Source: Alphaproteobacteria bacterium
Lineage (GTDB): Bacteria; Pseudomonadota; Alphaproteobacteria; Rhizobiales; Beijerinckiaceae
Direction: 5' to 3'
Length of the DNA: 64,000 nucleotides
Assembly (NCBI GenBank): GCA_016869555.1
Contig: VGDY01000003.1
Coordinates: 2,206-66,205, forward strand
Part shown: piece by piece, positions 41,839 to 52,543 of the stretch
Layout of the letters: each line of letters opens with the position of its first letter
Position numbering within the stretch: position 1 is the first letter of the stretch
Translations under genes and position numbers: made by a program
Notes under the pieces: model-generated
The model's database searches: none
Told to the model about the DNA's origin: nothing
Seen by the model: the letters and a program-made list of their open reading frames with translations, nothing else

Positions 41839-42242
41839 CCCATCCCCGGCGAGAAATCTTTTTTTGCGGAGGCGGCGGGATGAGCGAAGCGGCGCTCGCC
41901 CAATTTCTCTCGCCCTGAGGCGGCTTTTGCGCCGTCCAGAAAGTCAGCACTGCGGTGGTTGGGAGAGAAACCCATGAAAGCAAGAATAGCGATCGTCGTC
42001 GTCATGGCGCTGATCGGCAGGCTGTAACGCGCGCCTGGGCCGGCTCGAAAACACTCGCGCATCGACGCATCGCGATTACATCGCGCCCTCGCTCATCCCG
42101 GCGCGTCGCGGTTGCGGCGATTCGCCCCTGCACAAATATTCCAGCGATCGTTCAACGGGTTCGCGGCAGGCTTACTTTTTGCGTTTATCGCCTATAGAGT
42201 TCCGCCCGCGCGGTAGAGTTCCGCACCCATGAATGGAGATCA

Positions 42243-42785
42243 ATGATGTTTCGCTTTTCGCTCGGACGCGCGTTTTGCGCGATGTCCTTTGTCATCGCGC
42301 TCGCGCCCGGCGCCGCCATGGCGCAATCCGTGCAGGTCGGCACCCTTCTCTGCCATGTCTCCGGCGGCGTCGGCATGATCATTATGGAGAATCAGGCGCT
42401 CGACTGCGTGTATACGGACGCTAAAGGCAGCCCGCCCCAGCATTACATCGGCAGGCTGACCAATGTCGGCGCCAATATCGGCATCAGCGGTCCAGGTCAG
42501 ATGATTTGGACGGTTCTCGCCGCCACGAACAGCGTGGCGCCTGGCGCGCTGGCAGGAGACTATGTCGGCGCGGAAGGGTCGGTCGCCGTCGGCGCCGGGG
42601 CCGGCGCCGCTGTCCTTGTCGGCGGCTCCAACAAGACGATCTCGCTGCAGCCGGTTTCCGTCTCTTTAGGCACCGGGCTCAACGTCTCCGCCGGCATCGG
42701 CAATGTCAGCCTGCAATATATGCCGGTGACGCCGCCGCCGCCGCCGCCCGGTCCCGCGCCCAAGAAGTCCCGCCACCATCGGTAA
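42243..42785 (+). CDS. DUF992 family exported protein
   Basis: Signal peptide; VGTLLC..SGGVG...LDC...LAGDYVG...LVGGSNKTISLQP pattern; Pro-rich tail. Confidence 0.82.
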   Translation: MMFRFSLGRAFCAMSFVIALAPGAAMAQSVQVGTLLCHVSGGVGMIIMENQALDCVYTDAKGSPPQHYIGRLTNVGANIGISGPGQMIWTVLAATNSVAPGALAGDYVGAEGSVAVGAGAGAAVLVGGSNKTISLQPVSVSLGTGLNVSAGIGNVSLQYMPVTPPPPPPGPAPKKSRHHR

Positions 42786-42810
42786 TCTTCGACCGCGCGA
42801 TCAACCAACT

Positions 42811-42845
42811 GAACGGGCGCGTTGTCTGCGCGCCCGTTCGTTTTG
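42811..42845. terminator. Intrinsic terminator between convergent DUF992 and DUF4331 genes
   Basis: GAACGGGCGCG-TTGTCTG-CGCGCCCGTTC 11-bp stem followed by GTTTT. Confidence 0.7.
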
Positions 42846-42856
42846 GCGCAGGAACG

Positions 42857-43864
42857 TCACTTCGGATGCGGCGTTCCGATGTAGGGGAATTCTTTCAAAG
42901 TGTCGGTATGCGGCTCCAGCCCATCCGGCGGAATATCTCCCTTTGAAAGAAACGACAGCCGAAAATTGATCACATCGTCGGCGAAGGTGCGGCCGTTCGG
43001 GTAGCCGGCCGGCCTTGTGGGATCGAAGCTCAGCATGTCCGGCAAAATGCCATGCGCGTCAATCGCGGCGATCGCCTCGTCACGCGCATAGTTGCCCATG
43101 TGCCCCATCAGATGGATGAACAGCTCGAGCCAGCGCTCGCGGTCGTTCACCGGCTCGCTGGCGTTGTATTCTTCCTTCGTTTCGTCGGTATTGAAGAAGC
43201 TGCTGACCGACGGGTGACCGGCGCGATCAGCATGAATAAGCTTACCGTCGCTGCGCACGCTGCAGCGTCCCCAGATTCTGACCCCTGGATTGCCGCCAAG
43301 CGCGCTTGTCGGCATCTCGACCACGGTCGAAAGCACATTGGCTTCTGTATTCGAATCCTTGCCCGTCCAGGGAGACTTGCCGCCCAGATGCGGCGCGGTG
43401 AAGTTTCTGCCGCCGGACGTGTCGTACAAGGCCAGAATGCCGTCGTAATCGAAAAAGAACGCGTCGCTGCGCACGCCTGTGAAGAAGGTGAGATCGCCCG
43501 CGCGCACGATATTCGGCTCGGCGCCGAAGGAAACCTCCGCGCCCGAGACGATCTTCTCGCCGACGGGTTCTGGCGAACGCGAATCCGCGCCACGCGCAAG
43601 GTAAACGTCGAAGGTCTGTCTGCCGTTCTGCTTTGACGAAAACACATAGCTGATCGCGATGTCCGTCAGGCAGTCGCCGTCATTGTCGATATTGAGCCTG
43701 TAAATGGCGTCAGGATGAAACTCATCGCAGTTGGGATTGGCGTTGAGGATGATCGCCGTCCGGGACGGATCGCTCGGCGATTGGAAGGCATAGAGATCGC
43801 ACAGGTCCAATCTTTGGTCGCCGAGCGGCGGACCGAGACTGAGGCCGGTAAAATGATTCGACAT
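42857..43864 (-). CDS. Cytoplasmic DUF4331-type protein
   Basis: MSNHF, DLCDLYAFQSP, YRLNIDNDGD, RSDAFFFD, DRAGHP, GYPNGRTFADDV and FPYIG motifs; no signal peptide. Confidence 0.8.
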   Translation of the reverse strand: MSNHFTGLSLGPPLGDQRLDLCDLYAFQSPSDPSRTAIILNANPNCDEFHPDAIYRLNIDNDGDCLTDIAISYVFSSKQNGRQTFDVYLARGADSRSPEPVGEKIVSGAEVSFGAEPNIVRAGDLTFFTGVRSDAFFFDYDGILALYDTSGGRNFTAPHLGGKSPWTGKDSNTEANVLSTVVEMPTSALGGNPGVRIWGRCSVRSDGKLIHADRAGHPSVSSFFNTDETKEEYNASEPVNDRERWLELFIHLMGHMGNYARDEAIAAIDAHGILPDMLSFDPTRPAGYPNGRTFADDVINFRLSFLSKGDIPPDGLEPHTDTLKEFPYIGTPHPK

Positions 43865-43974
43865 GAGTCGCCTCCTGTAAGACGTGAAGAGAATATACGG
43901 CTGATCTGCTTCTACGTCCGCGGGCGCACGCTATGTCGTGTTTGTTTCAACATCAAGATTGTTCGTAAATTCAC

Positions 43975-44850
43975 TCATTCGCCGCGAATGAGCCTGATGA
44001 TGCTCGAGAAATCGGCGGCGCCCTGGTCCGCAGACTGGTGCAGGGCATAGAGTTGCGTCGCGGCGGCGCCGAGCGGAGAGGCCGCGCCGGCGCGAGCCGC
44101 GGCTTCCTGCGCCAGTCTCAAATCCTTCAGCATGAGCGTCGTCATAAAGCCTGGCTTATAGTCGTTGTTCGCAGGCGACGCGGGCGTCATCTCCGGCACG
44201 GGACAATAGCTCGTCAGCGACCAGGACTGGCCCGAGGAAATCGACGCCGCCTCAAACAGCGCCCGATGCGACAGTCCAAGCCTTTCCGCGAGAACGAAAG
44301 CCTCCGCCGTCGCGATCATCGTGACGCCGAGCATGAGATTGTTGCAGATTTTCGCCGCCTGCCCCATGCCGGCGCCGCCGCAATGAAGCGCATGCGCGCC
44401 CATATGTTCAAGAATGGGCCTCGCCGCCGCAAACGCCTCTTCAGCGCCTCCGCACATAAAAGTCAGCGTCGCGGCTCTTGCGCCGGCGACGCCGCCCGAC
44501 ACCGGCGCGTCGACCGATAGCGCGCCGTTTTCTTGCGCGAGAGAATGCGCGGCGCGCGCGCTTTCAACGTCGATCGTGGAACAGTCGATGAGCAGCTTGC
44601 CACGCCCCTGCGGCGCGATTTCACGCCAGACGGCGAGCGTCTGATCGCCGCTCTGCAGCATGGTGATGGCGACGTCGGCGACGTCGATCGCATCGCGCAA
44701 CGAACGCGCGGCGACGACGCCATCGCTGGCGGCGGCTTCGATCAGCGATGCATTAAGGTCGAATCCGCGCGTCTCGACGCCGGCGCGCGCCAGCGCCGCC
44801 GCCATCGGACGGCCCATATTGCCGAGACCGATGAAAGCCGCGCGCATCAT
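43975..44850 (-). CDS. mmsB: 3-hydroxyisobutyrate dehydrogenase
   Basis: FIGLGNMG, DAPVSGG and AKICNN motifs; adjacent to mmsA. Confidence 0.93.
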   Translation of the reverse strand: MMRAAFIGLGNMGRPMAAALARAGVETRGFDLNASLIEAAASDGVVAARSLRDAIDVADVAITMLQSGDQTLAVWREIAPQGRGKLLIDCSTIDVESARAAHSLAQENGALSVDAPVSGGVAGARAATLTFMCGGAEEAFAAARPILEHMGAHALHCGGAGMGQAAKICNNLMLGVTMIATAEAFVLAERLGLSHRALFEAASISSGQSWSLTSYCPVPEMTPASPANNDYKPGFMTTLMLKDLRLAQEAAARAGAASPLGAAATQLYALHQSADQGAADFSSIIRLIRGE

Positions 44851-44853
44851 GGC

Positions 44854-46350
44854 TTAAGACAAAGTCGGCATGACGAAACTCGCGCCAGACCTGACGCCGC
44901 CCGGCCAGCGCGATGCGACAGTCTTGGTCTTTGTGTAGAAGCGAATCGCGTCCGGCCCATGCTGATTGAGATCGCCGAACATCGAACGCTTCCAGCCGCC
45001 GAAAGTGTAATAGGCCAAAGGCGTCGGGATCGGCACATTGACGCCGACCATGCCCACTTCGACGCGGGAGGCGAATTCGCGCGCCGCATCGCCGTCGCGG
45101 GTAAAGATGGCGACGCCATTGCCATATTCATGGTTGTTGGCGAGCGACAGCGCCTCGTCGAAGCCGCGCGCGCGCACGACCGACAGCACCGGACCGAAGA
45201 TTTCCTCCTTATAGATGCGCATGTCGGGCCGCACCTCGTCGAACAGGCATCCGCCCATGTAAAATCCGTTCTCATAGCCCTGCATCTTGAACCCGCGGCC
45301 GTCGACTCGCAGCTTGGCGCCCTCCTCGACCCCGAGCGCGACATAATCCTTGACCCGCTCCAGATGCGCGCGCGTGATCAGCGGGCCGAAGTCGGCCGAA
45401 GGATCGGTCGACGGCCCGATGCGCAAGTTTTCCACGCGCGGTTCGAGCCGGGCGATGAGCGCGTCGGCGGTTTCTTCGCCCACCGGCACGGCGACCGAAA
45501 TCGCCATGCAGCGCTCGCCGCCCGAGCCGTAAGCGGCGCCGACGAGCGCATCGACCGCCTGATCCATGTCGGCGTCGGGCATGATCACCATATGGTTCTT
45601 CGCGCCGCCGAAGCACTGCACGCGTTTGCCATGCGCGGCGCCATGCGCATAGACATGTTCGGCGACGGGCGTCGAGCCGACGAAGCCGATGGCCTTGACC
45701 CGAGGTTCTTCGAGCAGCGCGTCGACCGCTTCCCTATCGCCGTTGACGACGTTCAATACGCCCGCCGGCAGGCCGGCTTCGAGCATCAGTTCGGCGAGAA
45801 AGAGCGGCGCGCCGGGGTTGCGTTCGGAGGGCTTCAAGATGAAGGCGTTGCCGCAGGCGATCGCCGGCGCGAATTTCCACATCGGAATCATCACAGGAAA
45901 ATTGAACGGCGTTATGCCCGCGACGACGCCGAGCGGCTGGCGCATCGAATAAACATCGAGGCCGGCGGCTGCCGAATCGGTAAATTCGCCTTTCATCAGC
46001 TGCGGAACGCCGATGCAAAATTCGACGACCTCGACGCCGCGCTGAATTTCACCCTGCGCATCGGCAAGCGTCTTGCCGTGCTCGCGGGCCAAAATCGACG
46101 CAAGCCTCTCCTTCTCGCGCCCGATGATGTCGACGAATTTCATCAGCACGCGGGCTCGGCGCTGCGGATTGACCGCCGCCCATTCGCGCTGCGCCGCGGC
46201 AGCGTTATCGATCGCCGCGCGGACCTCCTCGCGGCTGGCGAGCGGCACGCGGGAGATCGCCGCGCCCGTCATCGGCTCATAGGCGTCGCAAAAACGCCCG
46301 GACGTTCCCCTAACCCGGCGCCCGCCGATAAAATGCGATAATTCTTCCAT
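44854..46350 (-). CDS. mmsA: CoA-acylating methylmalonate-semialdehyde dehydrogenase
   Basis: GITPFNFP, GGAKNH, GERCMA and EEIFGPV motifs. Confidence 0.95.
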   Translation of the reverse strand: MEELSHFIGGRRVRGTSGRFCDAYEPMTGAAISRVPLASREEVRAAIDNAAAAQREWAAVNPQRRARVLMKFVDIIGREKERLASILAREHGKTLADAQGEIQRGVEVVEFCIGVPQLMKGEFTDSAAAGLDVYSMRQPLGVVAGITPFNFPVMIPMWKFAPAIACGNAFILKPSERNPGAPLFLAELMLEAGLPAGVLNVVNGDREAVDALLEEPRVKAIGFVGSTPVAEHVYAHGAAHGKRVQCFGGAKNHMVIMPDADMDQAVDALVGAAYGSGGERCMAISVAVPVGEETADALIARLEPRVENLRIGPSTDPSADFGPLITRAHLERVKDYVALGVEEGAKLRVDGRGFKMQGYENGFYMGGCLFDEVRPDMRIYKEEIFGPVLSVVRARGFDEALSLANNHEYGNGVAIFTRDGDAAREFASRVEVGMVGVNVPIPTPLAYYTFGGWKRSMFGDLNQHGPDAIRFYTKTKTVASRWPGGVRSGASFVMPTLS

Positions 46351-46447
46351 ATTCGCTCATCTAAGGCGCGTCGGCGCGATGTCATCTCGCAAGATCGGAC
46401 GGCGCGCCTATATGTTGAAGAGAGGGTTTCCGCGACGGCCACCGGCG

Positions 46448-47326
46448 ATGGGACTGCAACTCACGAGCGAAGGCAAGAACCGATACGCGCAGGCGCCCCG
46501 ACGGGCGGACTGGACGATCGACCAGAACTGGGCGTCCTACAGCGACGCGGAGCACGATCGCTGGAACAGGCTCTTCGCCCGCCAGGCGAAGCTCTTGCCG
46601 GGGCGGGCCTGCGATGCGTTTCTTGAGGCGAAGCAAAAGCTCGAACTGTCGCGCTCCGGCATTCCCGATTTCGCGGAACTGAGCCGCCGATTGGGCGCGA
46701 TGACCGGATGGAGCGTCGTCCCGGTCGCGGGTCTCATTCCCGACGACGCCTTCTTCGATCATCTCGCCAATCGGCGCTTTCCAGCAGGCGCCTTCATTCG
46801 CCCCGAGTCGGAACTTGGATATCTGCAGGAGCCCGACGTCTTCCACGACGTCTTCGGCCATGCGCCGCTCCTCGCCGATCCGACCTATGCGCGCTTTCTC
46901 GAAGCATACGGCAAGGGCGGCCAACGGGCGCTGGCGCGCGGCCAGCTCCACCATCTCGCGCGGCTTTACTGGTATACGATCGAATTCGGCCTGATCGAGA
47001 CGCCGGCCGGGCCGCGCATCTTTGGGGCCGGAATCATGTCCTCGCCTTCGGAGACGATTTTTTCGCTCGAAGATTCCTCGCCGAACCGCGTCGCCTTCGA
47101 TCTCGAACGGGTGATGCGAACCAATTACGTCATCAGCGATTTTCAGCAGACCTATTTCGTCATCGAAAGCTTCGAGAAGCTGCTCGCCGCCGGCTATCAG
47201 GATTTCGGTCCGATCTATGATCGGCTGCGCGGCGCTTCGGACTTCGCCCCCTATGAGCTGGCGCCGGGAGACCGCATCATCTCGCGCGGCGATTTCCATT
47301 ATTTTCGCGCCAAGCGAAGCGCCTAA
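46448..47326 (+). CDS. phhA: Phenylalanine 4-monooxygenase
   Basis: YLQEPDVFHDVFGH Fe-ligand motif and RLYWYTIEFGL; start reset to 46448. Confidence 0.95.
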   Translation: MGLQLTSEGKNRYAQAPRRADWTIDQNWASYSDAEHDRWNRLFARQAKLLPGRACDAFLEAKQKLELSRSGIPDFAELSRRLGAMTGWSVVPVAGLIPDDAFFDHLANRRFPAGAFIRPESELGYLQEPDVFHDVFGHAPLLADPTYARFLEAYGKGGQRALARGQLHHLARLYWYTIEFGLIETPAGPRIFGAGIMSSPSETIFSLEDSSPNRVAFDLERVMRTNYVISDFQQTYFVIESFEKLLAAGYQDFGPIYDRLRGASDFAPYELAPGDRIISRGDFHYFRAKRSA

Positions 47327-48342
47327 CCTTCTCGGCCTGAACTCGTCACTCGTTGCTCGATCGCGCCAAAGATCGAGCGCCCGTCCGCGTCGCGCATTTC
47401 GATGCGCACAACATCACCGGCCTTCAAAAAGGGCGTTCGCGGCGCGCCCTCGATGAGTTTCTCAACGACGCGTTGCTCGGCGATACAGGAGTAGCCGTCT
47501 CCGCCCTGCCCGATCGGCCTGCCGGCACCGCCGTCGGCGCCCCGGTTGGACACCGTGCCTGAGCCGATGATCGTGCCGGCGCTAAGCGCGCGCGTCCGCG
47601 CCGCATGAGCGATGAGACGCGGAAAGTCGAAGGTCATGTCCTTGCCGGCGTCGGGCCGGCCGAGCGGCGCGCCATTGACGAAGGAGAGAAGCTTCAGCGA
47701 GAGCCGGCCCCCATCCCATGCCTCGCCAAGCTCGTCGGGCGTCACTGCGACGGGGGAAAAGGCGGACGCTGGCTTTGACTGGAAAAAGCCGAACCCCTTC
47801 GCAAGCTCCGGCGCGACCAAGCCGCGCAGGGTCACGTCATTGACCAGCAGGACAAGCCTGATATGGCCGCGCGCGTCATCCGGCGTGACGCCCATCGGAA
47901 CGTCGTCGGTCATCACCGCGACCTCGGCTTCGAGATCGAGGTCGTGCGTCTCATCGAGCAAGGGAATGTCGTCACGGGGTCCGAGGAAGCCGTCGGAGCC
48001 GCCCTGATAGATCAGCGGGTCGCTCCAGAAGCTCTCCGGCATCTCGGCGCCGCGGGACTTTCGAACCAGCGCGACGTGATTCACATAGGCCGAGCCGTCC
48101 GCCCATTGATAGGCGCGCGGCAGCGGCGAGGCGCAATCCTGCTCGCGAAACGGAAAGCTCTCTCGAAGACCGCTTTCGAGCCGCGCCGCCAGCGCCCGCA
48201 GTTCCGGCGCGACGGCGTCCCAGTCTTCGATCGCCGACTGGAGGGTCGGCGCGACGAAGCCCGCCGCAACGGCGCGCGACAGATCGCGCGAAACGAGGAT
48301 CAGCGCGCCGTCGCGACGGCTCTTGAGCGATGCGAGCTTCAC
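47323..48342 (-). CDS. Fumarylacetoacetate hydrolase family protein
   Basis: [32 protein letters not shown] and GSGTVSN motifs; downstream of hmgA. Confidence 0.9.
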   Translation of the reverse strand: MKLASLKSRRDGALILVSRDLSRAVAAGFVAPTLQSAIEDWDAVAPELRALAARLESGLRESFPFREQDCASPLPRAYQWADGSAYVNHVALVRKSRGAEMPESFWSDPLIYQGGSDGFLGPRDDIPLLDETHDLDLEAEVAVMTDDVPMGVTPDDARGHIRLVLLVNDVTLRGLVAPELAKGFGFFQSKPASAFSPVAVTPDELGEAWDGGRLSLKLLSFVNGAPLGRPDAGKDMTFDFPRLIAHAARTRALSAGTIIGSGTVSNRGADGGAGRPIGQGGDGYSCIAEQRVVEKLIEGAPRTPFLKAGDVVRIEMRDADGRSIFGAIEQRVTSSGREG

Positions 48343-49640
48343 GGGCCATCGCCGGTGAAATGGCGCCGCAATCCCGACCAGCAGTCCGCATAGTCCTTCT
48401 GAAGCGTTTCAAGCGACAGGGCGAAAGCGGTTGGATAGAAGGGAAGCCGCGACTCGAACATGAAGGCAAGGCCGTCGTCGATCTTCACCGGGCCAAGATC
48501 CGCCTGAGAAGCCTGTTCGAAAGCTTCGGCGTCGGGACCATGCGGCAGCATCGCATTGTGCAGCGACATGCCGCCGGGCTCGAAACCGGAAGGCTTCGCG
48601 TCGTAGCGTCCGTAGATCAATCCCATGAATTCGCTCATGACGTTCAAATGATACCAGGGAGGCCGGAAACTATGCTCCGCGACCTGCCAGCGCGGCGGAA
48701 AGATCACGAAGTCGGCGTTACCGACGCCGGTTTCGTTCGAAGGCGAGGTCAGGACCGTAAATATCGATGGATCGGGATGATCGAACAACACGGCGCCGAC
48801 CGGACAGAATTTGCGCAGATCATATTTATAGGGCGCATAATTACCGTGCCAGGCGACGACGTCGAGCGGCGCGTGATCGATATCGCAGCCAAAGAAGCAG
48901 CCGCCCCATTTGATCGTCAGGCGGCAGGGCTTTTCCTTGTCTTCGAACGCCGCGGTCGGGGAAAAAAAATCGCGTGGATTGGCGAGGCCGTTCGCGCCGA
49001 TCGCGCCGCGATAGGGCAATGTGAAGGGCGCGCCATAATTTTCGCAGACATAGCCGCGAGACGGACCGGCCGCGAGTTCAACCCGAAATTTCACGCCGCG
49101 CGGAATGACGCAAATCTCACTGGGAGAACATTCGAGGAGGCCGAACTCGGTGAAGATGCGTAGATCGCCGTGCTGCGGAACGATCAGCAACTCGCCGTCG
49201 GCGTCGTAGAAATAATCGTCCTCCATCGACTGAGCGGCGAGATAGAGATGCGCGGCCATGCCGACTCTTTGACCGCAATCGCCAGCCGTCGCGATGGTGC
49301 GGAGTCCTTCGATGAAGGAGCCCGCTTCGGCAGGGACATCGCTCGCGCTCCAGCGCAACTGCCCGAGCGGCGCGTCGATATCGCGGCAGGGCGCGGTCTT
49401 CCAATGGCGTTGCTCGGTCCGTTCAGGATTGCTGACGTGAAGGACGGAAGGTCTGATCCGATAGAGCCATGAGCGCCGGTTGACGCAGTTTGGCGCGGTG
49501 AACGCCGAACCGGACAATTGCTCGGCGTAAAGGCCGTAAGGACATCGTTGCGGAGAGTTCTGACCGATCGGCAAGGCGCCAGGGAGCGCTTCGCTTTCGA
49601 ACTCATTGCCGAAGCCATGCAAATAGCGCGTCGGCGTCAT
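48339..49640 (-). CDS. hmgA: Homogentisate 1,2-dioxygenase
   Basis: [36 protein letters not shown] and PHGPD motifs. Confidence 0.97.
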   Translation of the reverse strand: MTPTRYLHGFGNEFESEALPGALPIGQNSPQRCPYGLYAEQLSGSAFTAPNCVNRRSWLYRIRPSVLHVSNPERTEQRHWKTAPCRDIDAPLGQLRWSASDVPAEAGSFIEGLRTIATAGDCGQRVGMAAHLYLAAQSMEDDYFYDADGELLIVPQHGDLRIFTEFGLLECSPSEICVIPRGVKFRVELAAGPSRGYVCENYGAPFTLPYRGAIGANGLANPRDFFSPTAAFEDKEKPCRLTIKWGGCFFGCDIDHAPLDVVAWHGNYAPYKYDLRKFCPVGAVLFDHPDPSIFTVLTSPSNETGVGNADFVIFPPRWQVAEHSFRPPWYHLNVMSEFMGLIYGRYDAKPSGFEPGGMSLHNAMLPHGPDAEAFEQASQADLGPVKIDDGLAFMFESRLPFYPTAFALSLETLQKDYADCWSGLRRHFTGDGP

Positions 49641-49643
49641 GTC

Positions 49644-50741
49644 TCAGCCCGCCGCCCGGTTCAACACGCCGCGGCGGATTTGATCCTCTTCGATCGACTC
49701 GAACAGCGCGCGGAAATTTCCTTCGCCGAAGCCTTCATCGCCCTTTCGCTGAATGAATTCGAAGAAGATCGGGCCGACGACCGTCTTGGAGAAAATCTGC
49801 AGCAGGAGACGGCGCGCGCCGGTCGTGACGCCGTCGATCAGAATGCCGAGTTCCTTGAGCCGCTGCGTCGGCTCGCCATGGCCCGGCAGCCTCTGCTCCA
49901 GCGCACCATAATAGGCGTCGGGCGGCGCCGGCATGAAGTCGAGCCCGTTCTTGCGCATCGCGACGACAGTCTCATAGATGTCGCGACAGGCGCAGGCGAT
50001 ATGCTGAATCCCTTCGCCCTTGTAGGCGTCGAGAAATTCCTCGATCTGGCTTTTTTCGTCGGCGCTTTCATTGATCGGGATGCGAATCTTGCCGCAGGGA
50101 CTGGTCATGGCGCGGGAGCGCAGACCCGTCAGCCTGCCTTCGATGTCGAAATAGCGAATTTCGCGGAAATTGAAGATCCGCTCATACCATTTCGCCAGCG
50201 CGTCCATGCGGCCGCGGCGGACATTATGGGTGAGATGGTCGATCTCCGTCAGGCCCACGCCGAAAGGTTTGGGATCGCGCTCGCCCGTCCATCTGAAATC
50301 GACATCCCAGATCGAACCCTGGTCGCCATAGCGGTCGACAAAATAGATCAGCGAACCGCCGACGCCTTCGATCGCCGGGATGTTCAGCTCCATCGGGCCG
50401 ACGCCGAAAGCGACTGGCTTCGCGCCGAGCGAAACGGCGCGGCGCATCGCCTTGGCGGCGTCGACGACGCGAAAGCCGATGCAGCAAACAGAGGGGCCGT
50501 GCGCTTTCTGGAATTCAGCGGCGAAGCTGCGAGGCTCCGCGTTCAGCACATAATTCACCTCTCCCTGGCGATACAGCGTCACATCCTTGGAGCGATGGCG
50601 CGCGACGGCGGCGAAGCCCATCCTTTCGAACAGCGACGCCAGTTGCGCAGGCTCGGGATGGGCGAATTCGACGAACTCGAATCCGTCCGTTCCCATCGGG
50701 TTTTCGGCGGGCGTTGCCGCGCCGCCAAGCGTCGAGTCCAT
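49644..50741 (-). CDS. hppD: 4-hydroxyphenylpyruvate dioxygenase
   Basis: NPMGTDGFEFVEF, IDHLTHNV, GIQHIA and GFGEGNFRALFESIE motifs. Confidence 0.97.
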   Translation of the reverse strand: MDSTLGGAATPAENPMGTDGFEFVEFAHPEPAQLASLFERMGFAAVARHRSKDVTLYRQGEVNYVLNAEPRSFAAEFQKAHGPSVCCIGFRVVDAAKAMRRAVSLGAKPVAFGVGPMELNIPAIEGVGGSLIYFVDRYGDQGSIWDVDFRWTGERDPKPFGVGLTEIDHLTHNVRRGRMDALAKWYERIFNFREIRYFDIEGRLTGLRSRAMTSPCGKIRIPINESADEKSQIEEFLDAYKGEGIQHIACACRDIYETVVAMRKNGLDFMPAPPDAYYGALEQRLPGHGEPTQRLKELGILIDGVTTGARRLLLQIFSKTVVGPIFFEFIQRKGDEGFGEGNFRALFESIEEDQIRRGVLNRAAG

Positions 50742-50809
50742 GGCAAGGCCTATACAGCTCTCGCTGAGCTGCTATTTAGATATTGCGTCGTCGACCCGGT
50801 TAAAGGCCC

Positions 50810-51436
50810 ATGATCCTTTACGACTATTTCCGCTCGTCGGCCGCCTATCGCGTCCGCATCGCCATCGGGCTCAAAGGGCTGGTCGTCGAGCGCCGGCCGG
50901 TCCATCTTTTGCACGGCGAGCAGCGCGACCCGGACTATCGGGCGAAAAGCCCGCTGGCGATCGTCCCGACCCTGGAGCTCGATGACGGCAGGCTGATCAC
51001 CCAATCGCTGGCGATCATCGATTATCTTGACGCGCTACAGGCTGATCCTCCGCTCCTGCCAAGCGACCCCGTGTTGGCCGCTCAGGCGCGGGCGGCGGCG
51101 CTGACGATCGCCTGCGAGATTCATCCGCTCGCCAACTTGCGGGTGCTGGAGGCGCTGCAAGGGGAATTCGGCGCGAAGGAGAACCAGATCGCCGAGTGGC
51201 GCCGGCGCTGGATTTCGGAGGGGTTGAAGGCGGTCGAACAGCTGATCGCGCCTGCGCCTTTCGCCTTCGGCGCGGCGCCGTCGCTTGCCGACATCTGCCT
51301 CGTTCCTCAGGTTTATAATGCGCGACGTTTCGACGTGCCGCTGGATTCTTGCCCGCGCATCCTTGCGGCGGACGCCGCCTGTGCCCTGCTCCCCGCCTTC
51401 TTGGCGGCGCATCCGCAAGCGCAGCCAGACGCGTGA
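50810..51436 (+). CDS. maiA: Maleylacetoacetate isomerase (GST-zeta)
   Basis: YFRSSAAYRVRIA, QSLAII, IHPLAN and HPQAQPDA motifs. Confidence 0.95.
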   Translation: MILYDYFRSSAAYRVRIAIGLKGLVVERRPVHLLHGEQRDPDYRAKSPLAIVPTLELDDGRLITQSLAIIDYLDALQADPPLLPSDPVLAAQARAAALTIACEIHPLANLRVLEALQGEFGAKENQIAEWRRRWISEGLKAVEQLIAPAPFAFGAAPSLADICLVPQVYNARRFDVPLDSCPRILAADAACALLPAFLAAHPQAQPDA

Positions 51437-51442
51437 CCCGAT

Positions 51443-52543
51443 TTAAGACGCGCGCGTCAGATCGGCGATGGCGGCACCGAGGAAGCGGCCGGCTTCGCCG
51501 CCGGTCACCACGCGATGATCGAAGGTGAGGCTGAGCGGCAAGATCCGATGCGCCGCCGGCGCGCCATCGACTGCGACAATTTCCTCGCGTATCCGCCCGG
51601 CGCCGAGGATCGCGACAGTCGGCGGCAGGACGATCGGCGCGGCGTAACGGCCCGAGATCATGCCGAAGTTGGAAAGCGTGATGGTCGCGCCGCGCAGCTC
51701 CTCGGGCGGGATGCGCCGCGCCGCGGCGTCTTCGCGCATCCGATTCAGCGCCTTGCGCAAGTCCTGCGCGTCGCGATTGCCGACATCGCGCAGAACCGGC
51801 ACGAACAGGCCTTCTTCCGCAAGGTCCACGGCGACGCCGAGGTCGATCTTCTTCATCACGCGGCGCGCGAAGGCGTGCGGCTCGAACCAGGCGTTGAGCG
51901 CAGGCTCCGCCTTGCAGGCTGTCGCCAGGGCCCGGATCAGCCGGACGGTCGTGTCGGTTCCTGCGCCCCAGGCGTTGATGTCGGCGTCGTCGACGATTGT
52001 GGCCGCGGCAACTTCCGCCTGCGCCTGCGCCATATTATGCGCCATGGCGCGACGCGCGCCGCGCAGCGGCTCGGCGGCGACCGTCTCGCTGAGAATACGC
52101 GCCACCCGTTCGATGTCCTGGACGGTGATCAGACCGTCGGCGCCCGAAGGCGTCACCATGGCAAGATCGACATTGAGCTTGCGCGCCAGCGCTCGCACCG
52201 CGGGTGTCGCCCGCACCGCGCCGGCGGCGTGACCGACCGAAATCGGCTGGTCGCGGACGATTGCGGCGCCATGCTGAACCGCGCCGACGACCGAGCCCGT
52301 ATCTGTCCCCGCGCCTTCAAAGCCCACCAACGGCGCGCCGATGCGGATCACGTCTCCGGCGGCGGCGAAGAGCCGCTCGATCCGGCCCGCCTGCGGCGAC
52401 GGGATTTCGACGACGGCCTTGGCGGTTTCGACCGCGACGAGCGGTTGATCGACCTTGACGTTCTCGCCGGCGGCCACGCGCCATTCCACGAGTTCGGCCT
52501 CCTGCAGCCCCTCTCCGAGATCGGGGAGACGAAAGATATTCAT
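51443..52543 (-). CDS. 2-oxo-acid dehydrogenase E2 (dihydrolipoamide acyltransferase), probably branched-chain
   Basis: LPDLGEGL, lipoyl ETAKA, ATPAVR and FDHRV motifs. Confidence 0.9.
   Translation of the reverse strand: MNIFRLPDLGEGLQEAELVEWRVAAGENVKVDQPLVAVETAKAVVEIPSPQAGRIERLFAAAGDVIRIGAPLVGFEGAGTDTGSVVGAVQHGAAIVRDQPISVGHAAGAVRATPAVRALARKLNVDLAMVTPSGADGLITVQDIERVARILSETVAAEPLRGARRAMAHNMAQAQAEVAAATIVDDADINAWGAGTDTTVRLIRALATACKAEPALNAWFEPHAFARRVMKKIDLGVAVDLAEEGLFVPVLRDVGNRDAQDLRKALNRMREDAAARRIPPEELRGATITLSNFGMISGRYAAPIVLPPTVAILGAGRIREEIVAVDGAPAAHRILPLSLTFDHRVVTGGEAGRFLGAAIADLTRAS

Noticed and set aside
42720-42760. (CCG)n run
   Set aside because: Encodes a poly-Pro tail; not a CRISPR or evident contingency repeat.
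51490-51530. E2 catalytic motif DHRVVTG instead of DHRxxDG
   Set aside because: The catalytic His is intact and I recall this variant in related E2 proteins; not evidence of inactivation.
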